From an uncultured Methanosarcinales archaeon (GTDB lineage: Archaea; Nanobdellota; Nanobdellia; Woesearchaeales; ARS49), in assembly GCA_964572035.1 (NCBI GenBank), contig CAZNDX010000002.1, positions 63,007 through 127,006 of the forward strand: a DNA stretch of 64,000 nucleotides, given 5' to 3'. The notes under the pieces were generated by a model. It was given only the letters and a program-made list of their open reading frames with translations, searched no databases and was not told the DNA's origin. Positions within the stretch are counted from its first letter, which is position 1. The number at the start of each line of letters is the position of its first letter. Below are positions 10,404-20,320 of the stretch, in pieces. A program made the position numbers and the translations under genes.

Positions 10404-11832
10404 CCAGCTAAAACAATTTAGCTTTGAAAAAATAGAGCGGCTTCAAAACATAAGATTCAGCGCCACCTGCAAACATTTGCTTCCTTACACCCAGTTTTAC
10501 TCGGAACTATTCAAAAAATACGGAGCGGACCCTCATTCGATAACCAATGTTCAGGACTGGCACAAATTAGGTTTGCCATTGATAAAAAAATCGGCATACC
10601 TCAAAAATCCCCAAGCGTTCATTGTCAAACCGGAACAAAAAGGAATATTCAAACGCCATCTCAATTATCTTGAAGACGCGGGAGAAAACAGAGAAGCGGT
10701 AGAATTGTTCTTCTCAAAAAACAAAGAAAAACAAATCAAAAACTACTATATGCCCCAGTCATTAATATTCTCGGGCGGAACGGAATCAGGAAACCCCGCG
10801 CCAGTTTTGTTGACCAGAACACAAAACGAAACTTTGAATGAAATTTTGAAAATCGCTGGAGAGCTGTTAATAAAAAAATATTTGCCAAACGAACGATTAA
10901 TTGGAATGAACCTGTTCCCGTACGCCCCTCATTTAGGATGGCACGCAGTTCACAGGGCGCTTGACATAAACTGCGACACAAATTTGAATACTGCTGCTGG
11001 AGGAGCGGTGCCGACAGAACGACTGGTTAGCATAGCGATTCAGGCAAAACCAAACGTAATCTGCGGAATGAATGACTACTTGCGCAACAGATTCCTCCCA
11101 ATGATGATAGAACGCAAAGCCAAACTACCAGAACGAGTAATATTCGTTAACGGCGCGCAAAAAATGTTGCAGGCAGAAAGGGAAAGAATAGAGCAACTCG
11201 CCAAAAAATGCGGAGTTCGTGAAGCAATAGTCATAGATTTGTACGCAGCGTCAGAGTTAAAAGAAGCAATACTGCCAGAACTTTCACCTCGAAGCGGATT
11301 CTATCACTTGGCGCCACTCTCAACAATAATAAAAACAGTTCAAGTAAACTCAGCCGACAAAGATTTCGTGACGGAATGGGAGTTCAGCGACAACGGATAC
11401 GGAGCCACTTGGAACATAGACGGCGCTGGAACTCTTTTTGAGGGATACTTGCTTGGCGACGTTTATAAAAAAGTAGAAAATACACAATGTCCTCAAACAG
11501 GATTAAATGTCACGCGAATACACGAAGTAAACAGAATACGAGATGTGGAAGCAGCACTCAAAGTAACGGGAATAGTTGAGGAAAAAGTAAAAGGAACAAA
11601 AGTAAACCTAGTCGCCGTACGAGAAAGAGCTTTAGAAGTTTCAGAAGTTGATGAAGCTCAAGTCATACTTAGAAAAAACAAAATAGAACTTCGCTACACA
11701 TCAAAGTCGCCCGCCAAAGCAAAGCAGAAATTGGCCAAAGTATTCAAAGAAGCGGAAATAAAGCCGACTCTAAAATACGTCAAGGAATTCGGACAGGAAG
11801 GAGTAAAGTTCAACACGGTGAAAATAGAATGA
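10381..11832 (+). CDS. Adenylate-forming (ANL) ligase, phenylacetate-CoA ligase/LuxE-like, divergent
   Basis: SGGTESGNP P-loop variant, LYAASE, YLLGD, KVKGTKV; PaaK-like N-terminus (FYSELF..LPLIKK). Confidence 0.72.
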   Translation: MREYLTLDQLKQFSFEKIERLQNIRFSATCKHLLPYTQFYSELFKKYGADPHSITNVQDWHKLGLPLIKKSAYLKNPQAFIVKPEQKGIFKRHLNYLEDAGENREAVELFFSKNKEKQIKNYYMPQSLIFSGGTESGNPAPVLLTRTQNETLNEILKIAGELLIKKYLPNERLIGMNLFPYAPHLGWHAVHRALDINCDTNLNTAAGGAVPTERLVSIAIQAKPNVICGMNDYLRNRFLPMMIERKAKLPERVIFVNGAQKMLQAERERIEQLAKKCGVREAIVIDLYAASELKEAILPELSPRSGFYHLAPLSTIIKTVQVNSADKDFVTEWEFSDNGYGATWNIDGAGTLFEGYLLGDVYKKVENTQCPQTGLNVTRIHEVNRIRDVEAALKVTGIVEEKVKGTKVNLVAVRERALEVSEVDEAQVILRKNKIELRYTSKSPAKAKQKLAKVFKEAEIKPTLKYVKEFGQEGVKFNTVKIE

Positions 11833-13175
11833 ACCTAGATACGTTCTTTCACGCCAAAAAAATAGCGGTTATAGGCGCTTCACGCGAAGTAGGAAAAGTA
11901 GGATATACAATATTCCGCGGATTAATGGGCAAAAAATTCGAGCTATACCCAATAAATCCAAACGCCAAAGAAATACTAGGATACAAATGCTATCCAAGCG
12001 TGCTTGACGTTCCAAATGAAATAGAACTCGCGATAATAGCCACACCGGGACCAACAGTTCCCGCAATACTTGACGAGCTCGGAAAGAAAAAAATTTATCA
12101 CGCGATAATAATCTCAGCAGGATTCAAAGAAATAGGGAACGAGAAACTCGAAAAAGAACTGCAGGAAAAACTAAAATCAAACAAAATAACGTGCATAGGA
12201 CCAAACTGCCTAGGAATATTTGACGCCCACTCAGGAATGGACACATTATTTTTACCAAAAGAAAGACTAATGAGGCCCAACGCAGGAGGAATATCATTCA
12301 TATCCCAAAGTGGAGCGACAGGAAGCGCAATACTTGATTTAGCCGCGTTTGAACACTACGGATTCTCCAAATTTATCAGCTACGGAAACGCGGCAAACGT
12401 CGACGAAACAGATTTGCTGGAATATCTGTCAAAAGACCCACAAACAACAGTCATATGCATGTACGTCGAGGGAATAAAAGATGGACGAAGATTTCTTGAA
12501 GTTGCGAAATCCTGCAAAAAACCAATCATCGCAATAAAAGCGGGAGTAAGCAGCGAAGGAGGAAAGGCTGCTCTTTCTCATACAGGCAGTCTGGCGGGAA
12601 GCGCTGACGTCGCATTTGGCGCGTTCAGGCAAGCGAATGTGGTTATTGCCCACAAAATGGAAGAACTTTTTGAGTTTGCAAAAATGTTCGAGCAAGTTCA
12701 CACCCGCGCATCGGGAAAAAGAGTTCAAATAATAACAAACGGCGGAGGGTACGGAATTTTAACAACTGACGCAGTCGTGTATTATGGACTGACTTTGGCT
12801 CAGCCGGGAACCGCAATAAAGAAACTACGAAGCGTTTTCCCACCAACAGTAGTCGTTCATAATCCTATAGACGTTCTTGGTGACGCAACAGTAGAACGAT
12901 ACAAGCTGGCAATTGAAGCGGCAATATCCGATACAAACAACGACAGCATTGTTGTAACAATACTGACACAAGTGCCGCTCGTAACAACGGAAATAGTTGA
13001 CGTTGTGGCTAAACTCTACAAAAAATCACACAAGCCAATAGTAATAGTTACGACAGGAAGCAGTTATTCTCTAGAATTAAAAGAAAAATTTGAGCAAAAC
13101 GGACTTCCATGCTTCACTTTCCCGGAAAACGCAGTCCGAGCCCTCGCAGCATATACTCAATATTGTAGTTTTTGA
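11829..13175 (+). CDS. acdA: Acetate/acyl-CoA ligase (ADP-forming) alpha subunit
   Basis: IAVIGAS, YPINP, IGPNCLG, ISQSGA, SHTGSLAGS (phospho-His), TNGGG, NPIDVLGDA. Confidence 0.95.
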   Translation: MNLDTFFHAKKIAVIGASREVGKVGYTIFRGLMGKKFELYPINPNAKEILGYKCYPSVLDVPNEIELAIIATPGPTVPAILDELGKKKIYHAIIISAGFKEIGNEKLEKELQEKLKSNKITCIGPNCLGIFDAHSGMDTLFLPKERLMRPNAGGISFISQSGATGSAILDLAAFEHYGFSKFISYGNAANVDETDLLEYLSKDPQTTVICMYVEGIKDGRRFLEVAKSCKKPIIAIKAGVSSEGGKAALSHTGSLAGSADVAFGAFRQANVVIAHKMEELFEFAKMFEQVHTRASGKRVQIITNGGGYGILTTDAVVYYGLTLAQPGTAIKKLRSVFPPTVVVHNPIDVLGDATVERYKLAIEAAISDTNNDSIVVTILTQVPLVTTEIVDVVAKLYKKSHKPIVIVTTGSSYSLELKEKFEQNGLPCFTFPENAVRALAAYTQYCSF

Positions 13176-13217
13176 GAGAATAAATCTTTAAATACTTATT
13201 TTGCCAGAAATTTTTTG

Positions 13218-13901
13218 ATGGACCACTCATATTTAGCGTACGAAGTAATACAAGAATTCTCAAGATTAAATTTCACAAAACCAAAGGAAGCTTTGCGAAT
13301 AATTCACGACTCAAGAAACATAACTGGCCAAGACAGAGAGCAAATATTAAAAGACCCGAAACCATTCAAGGTAGTCGACAACTGGCTAGCAATAAAATTC
13401 GCGAAAGCGGGAAGACTTCAAACATACTGGGAAGATGGCTGGAAAGTTCTCGCGCTTTATGATACAAAACCAATAACACTCGCCAAAGTAAAACAAAAAG
13501 AAGGAGTCCTCGAATTTTTGTTAAAACAACGCACAACCTGGTTAGAAGACAGCTCACCAGAAATACCACAACCAGAAACATACCAAGAATTCACTCAATT
13601 TATTCAATCAGCGGAGAAATACGGATATAGCTACAAAAGCATGGCGGAATTCGCCAACAAAAATCATTCAGCACGAATTCCGCTTTACTATTATCCGGCT
13701 GAATGCCTAATGTTTGGACTTACATTGCCGGTAAATGAGCACTCTGACAGAAAAGTAAAAACTGAGGCAGAAATATACCACGGAACCCCTGTTGAAGAAA
13801 GAAAGAAAACAATCGGGCCATTTGACAGAGTGACGCTAATAACAACAATAACTGCAAAAAAATCAAAACAAGAACTAACGCTTCCTGACAAACTCTTCTA
13901 A
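13218..13901 (+). CDS. Hypothetical protein
   Basis: About 227-aa ORF behind a TATA-like box; no recognised motif. Confidence 0.7.
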   Translation: MDHSYLAYEVIQEFSRLNFTKPKEALRIIHDSRNITGQDREQILKDPKPFKVVDNWLAIKFAKAGRLQTYWEDGWKVLALYDTKPITLAKVKQKEGVLEFLLKQRTTWLEDSSPEIPQPETYQEFTQFIQSAEKYGYSYKSMAEFANKNHSARIPLYYYPAECLMFGLTLPVNEHSDRKVKTEAEIYHGTPVEERKKTIGPFDRVTLITTITAKKSKQELTLPDKLF

Positions 13902-15029
13902 ACGGTCAAGCGCTTTCTCAATAACTTTCATATCAGACGCGAAACTCAGTCTAATATGCGCCTCTCCATTCTGGCCAAAATCAACACCCGGAACAACAGC
14001 AACTTTCTTTTTGTTCAACAAGTCAAGCGCGAACTTCTTGCTATTCCTGCTGAACGGAGAAATATTGCCAAAAGCGTAAAACGCGCCCTTAGGCATAGGA
14101 GTTGAGATTCCCATATCGTTCAATCTTGGAATCATAACTTTCCTTCGCCTGTCGTATTCCCTTACCATTTTGTCCGTATACTTTGACGGAAGCCTTAACG
14201 CAGCAATACCTAACTTTTGCGAAATAGTCGGAGCGCTAATAGTGGAAGTAATGTGGGTTTTTTTGATTGCCTTCGCGATATTCTCAGGCGCTATTACGTA
14301 ACCTAACCTAAAACCGCACATCGCGTAAGTCTTAGAAAAAGTCTGGAAAGTCAAAACACGGTCGCTCATTCCATTAAGACTGCCAACGCTGACGTGCTTC
14401 GCGCCGTCAAACAAAATCTTCTCATACGCCTCGTCCGAAAAAATAGCGAGATCAAACTCAACAGCGATGTCGGCGATTTCCTCCAAAATCTTCTTTCTAA
14501 TAACATTTCCAGTTGGATTAGCGGGCGAATTAATGAGGATTGCCTTAGTTTTTCTAGGATTAATATTCTGGCGAATCTCATCAGGATCGGGCTCGTAGTT
14601 TAATTCTTCAAACAACTTGTAAGACTTCACGCTCGCGTTAAACATCTCAAAACTCGGCAAAAAACCCATAAAACCAGGATCAGGAATCAAAATCTCCTCG
14701 CCAACATCAAGCAAAGAAGCGGCAGACAACAAAAGAGCCTCCTGAGAACCGCAAGTTACGACAACGTTATCAGGAGAACAATTGATTTGATTATCTTTTT
14801 TGACTTTTTTGCAAATCGCGTTTCTTAATTCTTTAAGACCGCCCGCAGGACTGTAATGGTTTGAAACATTAGCAAGACGTTTGACTTCAGAAACTAAAGG
14901 AGGGGGAAGAGGGAAATTCGGCTCTCCAGGACCCAGAGACAGGATGTTTGGAAACTCGGCGGACATCTCAATAAGTTTCTCAATTACATGAGTAGGCAAC
15001 TGCTGTTCGCGCTCAGAGAGATTCACCAT
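13875..15029 (-). CDS. PLP-dependent aminotransferase class I/II (aspartate aminotransferase-like)
   Basis: NSPANPTG, SDEAYE, TFSKTYAMCGFRLG, PKGAFY, IRLSFA. Confidence 0.95.
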   Translation of the reverse strand: MVNLSEREQQLPTHVIEKLIEMSAEFPNILSLGPGEPNFPLPPPLVSEVKRLANVSNHYSPAGGLKELRNAICKKVKKDNQINCSPDNVVVTCGSQEALLLSAASLLDVGEEILIPDPGFMGFLPSFEMFNASVKSYKLFEELNYEPDPDEIRQNINPRKTKAILINSPANPTGNVIRKKILEEIADIAVEFDLAIFSDEAYEKILFDGAKHVSVGSLNGMSDRVLTFQTFSKTYAMCGFRLGYVIAPENIAKAIKKTHITSTISAPTISQKLGIAALRLPSKYTDKMVREYDRRRKVMIPRLNDMGISTPMPKGAFYAFGNISPFSRNSKKFALDLLNKKKVAVVPGVDFGQNGEAHIRLSFASDMKVIEKALDRLEEFVRKR

Positions 15030-15114
15030 CTTTTTTTATTTAAAAACCTCTTATGATTAATAAACGTTATGCACGTTCGCAAACATTAAAAACAAAGAGC
15101 GGATTTGGGTAACT

Positions 15115-15873
15115 ATGCACTCATTAAAGAAGGCGTGGCATAAAATCAAAGAAAGACCATCACTGGCCGTGTTTGGCGCCGTGACGGACGCCCTGTTTTT
15201 TGTCGCGCTGGGGTTATTCACCTCGCCAGTCAGCGTAATAATGGTGGAACAATTCAGCAAAATAGCCCAAGAATTCTCAAGAGGCATTGCCCAAGAACAG
15301 CCGGAACTGTTCAGCGTTCTCGCCAACAGCAACGTCACAACAGCGCTGTTCGTGAACATAGCGATATATTTCGCAATAATTTTCGCAACATACGTCCTGA
15401 TACAGGGAACAAGCTGGTTCATCGCCAAAAAATATTTTTATTCAGCAGGATATGTTAAATCAATAATAACTTTCGCGAAAATAAACTTGTTTTGGTTCGC
15501 TCTGTTTATTGTCTATAAATTAACGGATTTTATGTTGAATTTAAGATATCGACTGCTTGAAAGCCTGCAACCTGGAACAATAGACGTGGCGGGAAACATA
15601 ATGATGATACTGTTTTTCGCCGGACTTGGAATGGCGAACTTCGCATACGCGCGCGAAAAAACATTCGCTTACTTCAAAACACCTTTCAAGAAAAGCTCAA
15701 TTATCTTGGCCACTGGCGCGCTATTGTTTTTCATACCATACGCAATATTTTACGCGATAGGAACAATAAACGTAACAGCATCAGTATGGGCGTCAGCAAT
15801 AATTTTGCTTCCGCTAATGACTTACCTGCGAGTCTACTTAATGGAGGAACTAAATGTTCACTCACGCGCTTAA
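15115..15873 (+). CDS. Hypothetical multi-pass membrane protein
   Basis: About six hydrophobic segments; overlaps the lgt start. Confidence 0.8.
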   Translation: MHSLKKAWHKIKERPSLAVFGAVTDALFFVALGLFTSPVSVIMVEQFSKIAQEFSRGIAQEQPELFSVLANSNVTTALFVNIAIYFAIIFATYVLIQGTSWFIAKKYFYSAGYVKSIITFAKINLFWFALFIVYKLTDFMLNLRYRLLESLQPGTIDVAGNIMMILFFAGLGMANFAYAREKTFAYFKTPFKKSSIILATGALLFFIPYAIFYAIGTINVTASVWASAIILLPLMTYLRVYLMEELNVHSRA

Positions 15874-16597
15874 TCCTGTTTTATTACATCTTGGCCCGCT
15901 TCAGATAAGATGGTACGGACTGATGTACGTAATCGCTTTCATTATCACTTTCTATTACGTTCGAGCGGCGATAAGAAAAGGAAAACTCGCGATGAGCGAA
16001 AAACAACTCGACACATTCATGGGAATACTTGTTATCGCCATGATAATTGGCGCGAGAATATTTGAAATAATATTCTACGAACCCGCATATTATCTCGCGA
16101 ACCCAATAAAAATGTTGTACATCTGGGAAGGAGGGCTCTCATTCCACGGCGGACTAATAGCCATATTCCTCGCGGCATACTGGTACACAAAAAAACACAA
16201 AATAAACCTCTGGAAAACAACAGACATATTCATAGTTCCATTAGTTTTGGGCAACGCGCTAGGAAGAATAGGCAACTTCATCAACGGAGAACTATACGGC
16301 AAAATAACCGAACTGCCATGGGGCGTAGTGTTTCAAGGAGTCACAGGCGCCAGACATCCAACACAACTTTACGAAGCGGCATACAATGTTGTGATATTTT
16401 GCATACTATTTTCTTGCAGAAACAAAAATTGGAAAGAAGGAACAATATTTGGACTATTTTTGGTTCTTTACTCAATCGCCCGTTTCGGAGTTGAGTTTTT
16501 GAAAGACATGCCAGTACATTTTGGGCTGTCAATGGGACAATGGCTGTGCATTCCAATGTTCTTTGCCGGCGTATATATTATACGACGCAACTTTTAA
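15854..16597 (+). CDS. lgt: Prolipoprotein diacylglyceryl transferase
   Basis: IRWYG, GAR, WEGGLSFHGG, GRIGNFINGEL.G, LPWG, RHPTQLYE, RF.VEF signature motifs. Confidence 0.95.
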   Translation: MFTHALNPVLLHLGPLQIRWYGLMYVIAFIITFYYVRAAIRKGKLAMSEKQLDTFMGILVIAMIIGARIFEIIFYEPAYYLANPIKMLYIWEGGLSFHGGLIAIFLAAYWYTKKHKINLWKTTDIFIVPLVLGNALGRIGNFINGELYGKITELPWGVVFQGVTGARHPTQLYEAAYNVVIFCILFSCRNKNWKEGTIFGLFLVLYSIARFGVEFLKDMPVHFGLSMGQWLCIPMFFAGVYIIRRNF

Positions 16598-16622
16598 ATA
16601 ACCACAGAACAGGAAGACACAT

Positions 16623-16811
16623 ATGAAAAGAGGAATAATAGCAATCGTTCTAGCGCTTCTATTGTTAGTTGCGTGCTCACCTGCGGAACAAAAAATGGAA
16701 ACGCAAACTCCAACCGCGCAGGAAACACTGCCACCAACACCGCAATACGAACCGCCACCAACCGCGCCAGACGCAGTTGAATCCGAAACGACGGAACCAG
16801 CAGCCCAATGA
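16623..16811 (+). CDS. Small Pro/Thr/Glu-rich lipoprotein
   Basis: MKRGIIAIVLALLLLVAC lipobox. Confidence 0.7.
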   Translation: MKRGIIAIVLALLLLVACSPAEQKMETQTPTAQETLPPTPQYEPPPTAPDAVESETTEPAAQ

Positions 16812-17536
16812 AATACCTCTGCTTCGCGTCAATACTCTTCTTAATACTGGTTGCCTGCGCACAACAAGCTGAACAAAGAACAGTGCCGGATTTGCCAGTT
16901 CTAACAGGAAAAATGCCATCAGGCACAGTAGCGACACGCGACGGCGAAACAATCGCGTACCAGCTTTATCCAAACCAAGGAAGACCAGGAATCATATTAT
17001 TGCACATGTATCAAAGAAGCCGAGAAGACCTTGATGGCGTAGGAAAATGGCTTCAACAAAACGGATACGCGGTTATAATTCCTGATTTAAGAGGACACGG
17101 ACTATCAACAGGAACACTAACCAAATTTACAACGGATGATTATAACAAAATGGTTTACGATGTTGAAGCGGCGAAATCAGCGCTGGAAAACAGCGGAGCA
17201 AACACCAAAAAACTAAGCATACTCGGAGCAAGCATAGGTGCAAACGTAGCTCTAAACTACGCTCAAAATGATCCAGACGTGAAAACACTCGTTCTATTAA
17301 GCCCAGGAGTGGACTATCACGGCATCGTAACTCAATACTCACGATTCAACAAACCATTCCTGATAGTGGCGAGCAAGGATGACGATTACGCATACCAGAG
17401 CGCACTATATTTGAAACAAACAAACCCAACAGCGGAATTGTTAGTTTATGAAAACGCAGGACACGGAACAAACATGTTCCAACAAAAAGATTTAGCGCCA
17501 AGCATATTGTCCGCATTCGGAGATTACGGTTCATAA
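16808..17536 (+). CDS. Alpha/beta-hydrolase lipoprotein
   Basis: LILVAC lipobox; DLRGHG, GASIG nucleophile elbow, Asp region SKDD, GHG. Confidence 0.9.
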   Translation: MKYLCFASILFLILVACAQQAEQRTVPDLPVLTGKMPSGTVATRDGETIAYQLYPNQGRPGIILLHMYQRSREDLDGVGKWLQQNGYAVIIPDLRGHGLSTGTLTKFTTDDYNKMVYDVEAAKSALENSGANTKKLSILGASIGANVALNYAQNDPDVKTLVLLSPGVDYHGIVTQYSRFNKPFLIVASKDDDYAYQSALYLKQTNPTAELLVYENAGHGTNMFQQKDLAPSILSAFGDYGS

Positions 17537-17569
17537 AGTTTAAGAATTAAAGAAACAAAGGTGAGAATA

Positions 17570-17806
17570 ATGGCAAAAGTCAAAGTTTACAGCACACCAA
17601 CATGCCCATACTGCAAAGCGGCAAAAGAATTTCTGACTGAAAACAAGATAAAATATGAAGATATCGATGTTTCAAAAGACCACAACGCCGCGCAAGAAAT
17701 GATAGAAAAATCAGGACAAATGGGCGTGCCAGTAATAGACATAGACGGAACCATAATTGTCGGGTTTGACAAAGCCGCGATGAAAAAAGCGCTGAAGTTG
17801 AAGTAA
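17570..17806 (+). CDS. Glutaredoxin (NrdH/YruB-like)
   Basis: VYSTPTCPYC, SGQMGVPVI, IVGFD. Confidence 0.93.
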   Translation: MAKVKVYSTPTCPYCKAAKEFLTENKIKYEDIDVSKDHNAAQEMIEKSGQMGVPVIDIDGTIIVGFDKAAMKKALKLK

Positions 17807-17807
17807 G

Positions 17808-17881
17808 TGGACGCTGCGGGATTTGAACCCGCGGCCCCTTCGTTGCGAACGAAGTGCTCTACCGGGCTGAGCTAAGCGCCC
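17808..17881 (-). tRNA. tRNA-Ala(CGC)
   Basis: Cloverleaf GGGCGCT..AGCGTCCA with G3:U70; anticodon arm CTTCG-TTCGCAA-CGAAG. Confidence 0.95.
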
Positions 17882-17916
17882 TTAAAGACTCTCTCTAAGA
17901 AGGTGGTTTAAAAAGC

Positions 17917-18552
17917 TTATGTGTGCTTCTTAACACCTGCTTTCGGGCACAACTTGTTCACAGGACACTCGCTGCATTTTGGAACAGGCGCGGTGCAAAC
18001 AGCTCTGCCGTGCGCCTTCAAAACATGAGGAATCTTGTCCCATTCTGATTTTGGAAACAATTTCATCAAATCAGTTTCAACCTTCTCAGGATTGGTGTTC
18101 TTGGTCCAGCCTAAACGAAAGGCGACGCGAAGGACGTGAGTATCGCACGGCACGCCAACCACAACACCATAAGCGTTTTGCAAAATCGCGTTAGCAGTTT
18201 TCCTGCCAATGCCGGGTAGTTCGGTCAGTTCCTCAATAGTTCTTGGAACTTTGCCTCCATACTTTTCATCAATAATCTTCATCGCGTTAACGATATTTTT
18301 CGCTTTAGTATTCGCGAAGGAAATGCTTTTGATGTAAGAAGCAAGATGAGCAGGAGTTGTTTTTGCGTAATCTTTTGCAGTTTTGAAATCAGCGAAAAGC
18401 GAGGGAGTCGCCGCGTTTACGTTTTCATCACGAGTTTGCGCGGAAAGAATAGTTGCCGCTACAAGGTCAACAGGAGTTTTGAAATTAAGATAATACTTGG
18501 CGTTGGCGTATTCTTTTTTGAGGATCTTCCATTCATCACCAATTTGTGCCAT
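17917..18552 (-). CDS. nth: Endonuclease III
   Basis: ILSAQ, LPGIGRKTAN (HhH), DTHV, C-x6-C-x2-C-x5-C Fe-S motif. Confidence 0.95.
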   Translation of the reverse strand: MAQIGDEWKILKKEYANAKYYLNFKTPVDLVAATILSAQTRDENVNAATPSLFADFKTAKDYAKTTPAHLASYIKSISFANTKAKNIVNAMKIIDEKYGGKVPRTIEELTELPGIGRKTANAILQNAYGVVVGVPCDTHVLRVAFRLGWTKNTNPEKVETDLMKLFPKSEWDKIPHVLKAHGRAVCTAPVPKCSECPVNKLCPKAGVKKHT

Positions 18553-18617
18553 ATCGCCATCCAACACAGCATTCCATAAAAACCTTTTTATACCGACTCG
18601 AGGGACGAAGGTATCAA

Positions 18618-18691
18618 GGGCAAGTAGTTCAGCTCGGTAGAACGCTCCGCTGGCAGCGGAGAGGCCGTGGGTTCAAATCCCGCCTTGTCCA
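18618..18691 (+). tRNA. tRNA-Ala(GGC)
   Basis: GGGCAAG..CTTGTCCA with G3:U70; CTCCG-CTGGCAG-CGGAG; TTCAAAT T-loop. Confidence 0.95.
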
Positions 18692-19075
18692 TTATTCAAA
18701 AAACTGAGGCTGTTCAGACTTCAAACGCCTTATTTCCGCGTCAACCAAACTTCTGGCTTCAGACTCGAGAAGCTGTAAATCATCCAAAGCGTCAACATTC
18801 AACTGCAACGCCTCAAGAACATCAAAATACTCGTGAGCCAACTCCTGCTTGTTCTTACAGTTAGTGCAGAACAATCTTGAAACAATACTCAAAGAAGAAT
18901 CTTCAAGAAGCTTAACACGCTCAACATAATATTTCTTCCATTGAGACTGGTCGTTTTTATCCTTTGGAACAAACTTCTCCAAACGAGAAACAACCTCTTC
19001 GCAGTCGTCCTCCGCCTCGCGACGCTTAGCTCTCCACTTCTGCCTTTCAACCTCATTTATCTGGCGAACATCCAT
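18692..19075 (-). CDS. Hypothetical helical protein
   Basis: Probable start MDVRQ at 19075 behind a TATA-like box. Confidence 0.7.
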   Translation of the reverse strand: MDVRQINEVERQKWRAKRREAEDDCEEVVSRLEKFVPKDKNDQSQWKKYYVERVKLLEDSSLSIVSRLFCTNCKNKQELAHEYFDVLEALQLNVDALDDLQLLESEARSLVDAEIRRLKSEQPQFFE

Positions 19076-19161
19076 AATACTGGAAAGGATGGTTTGTTTA
19101 TATAGTTTCACACAGAAACATAGCGAAACGTTTTTAAATACCTGCTTGAACAAGTAAATCT

Positions 19162-19914
19162 ATGGTCAAGGCGATATTCTTTGACTTTTGGGGGACACTG
19201 GCTGAAAACGGCACGTACTCGCCCCTTAAGCAAACATTCCGCATATTGCGGGTCAGAATGCCATTTGGACAGTTCGCGGAACAATTCGAGCGAACATTCT
19301 TCACAAAACCATTTGAAGACCAAGTGGAAGCGTTCACACTAGTCTGCAATACATTCAACTGTCCGCCAAAACCATTCATCATAGACAAACTAGTCGGCGT
19401 ATGGAACAAAAACAAACTACTCGCCAAAGTCTACCCTGAAACAGTGGACGCGTTGAAGGCGCTCAAAGACAAGGGATTCAAACTTTATTTGATATCAAAT
19501 TCGCAATCAAACACAATAGAGCCATTAATTGAGAAATTCGGAATGAAAGACCTCTTCGATGGACTGTTTGTAAGCTACAGCGAAGGATGTCTCAAAACAG
19601 ACGGGCTCTTCGAAACAGCCCTTGGCAAAACAGGTCTATCAAAAGATGAAGTGGTATCAGTAGGCGATTCAATAGAAACTGACATACGAGGCGCAGAAAA
19701 AGCAGGCATCAAAGCGATACTAGTGGACAGACGAGGAACAAGAGAATTCCCAAACAAAATCGCGCTAATCACAGACCTTATTGATAAAATTGAATTAACT
19801 GCTGAGAAAAAACCCGCGAAGAAAGCGGTGAAAAAAGAAGAAAAATCGGAAAAAACTGAAGTTCCGAAAAAGAAAGTCGCAAAGAAAAAAACGGCCAAGA
19901 AAAAAGGAGAATAA
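19162..19914 (+). CDS. HAD-superfamily hydrolase with Lys-rich C-terminal tail
   Basis: FFDFWGTL, LISN, K, VGDSIETDIRGA. Confidence 0.9.
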   Translation: MVKAIFFDFWGTLAENGTYSPLKQTFRILRVRMPFGQFAEQFERTFFTKPFEDQVEAFTLVCNTFNCPPKPFIIDKLVGVWNKNKLLAKVYPETVDALKALKDKGFKLYLISNSQSNTIEPLIEKFGMKDLFDGLFVSYSEGCLKTDGLFETALGKTGLSKDEVVSVGDSIETDIRGAEKAGIKAILVDRRGTREFPNKIALITDLIDKIELTAEKKPAKKAVKKEEKSEKTEVPKKKVAKKKTAKKKGE

Positions 19915-19915
19915 A

Positions 19916-20320
19916 ATGAAATGCGTATTTTGCGATATAATCGCAAAAAAAATACCATCACACATTGTGTACGAAGACAAAACAGTAATAGCATTTCTTG
20001 ACATCAAGCCAATAAACCCAGGACACGTTCTCGTAGTATCAAAAGAACATCACGCGGACATGCTGGAAACACCCGCCCATCTGCTTTCAGATATGATTCT
20101 GGTCTGCAAAAAAATAGGGGACGCGATAATGGAAGCTGTTGAGGCCGATGGATTCAACGTAGGAGTGAACAACAAAACCGCGGCAGGACAACTAATATTT
20201 CACACACACTTTCACGTAATACCTCGCTTTGAAAAAGACGGACTAAAGCATTGGCCGCATAAAACACTTGACGCAGAACAAATGGAAATCGCGTGCAAGG
20301 ACATCAAAGCGAGACTATGA
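19916..20320 (+). CDS. HIT family nucleotide hydrolase (intact triad)
   Basis: CVFC, FLDI.P..PGH, AGQ..FHTHFHVIPR. Confidence 0.95.
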   Translation: MKCVFCDIIAKKIPSHIVYEDKTVIAFLDIKPINPGHVLVVSKEHHADMLETPAHLLSDMILVCKKIGDAIMEAVEADGFNVGVNNKTAAGQLIFHTHFHVIPRFEKDGLKHWPHKTLDAEQMEIACKDIKARL

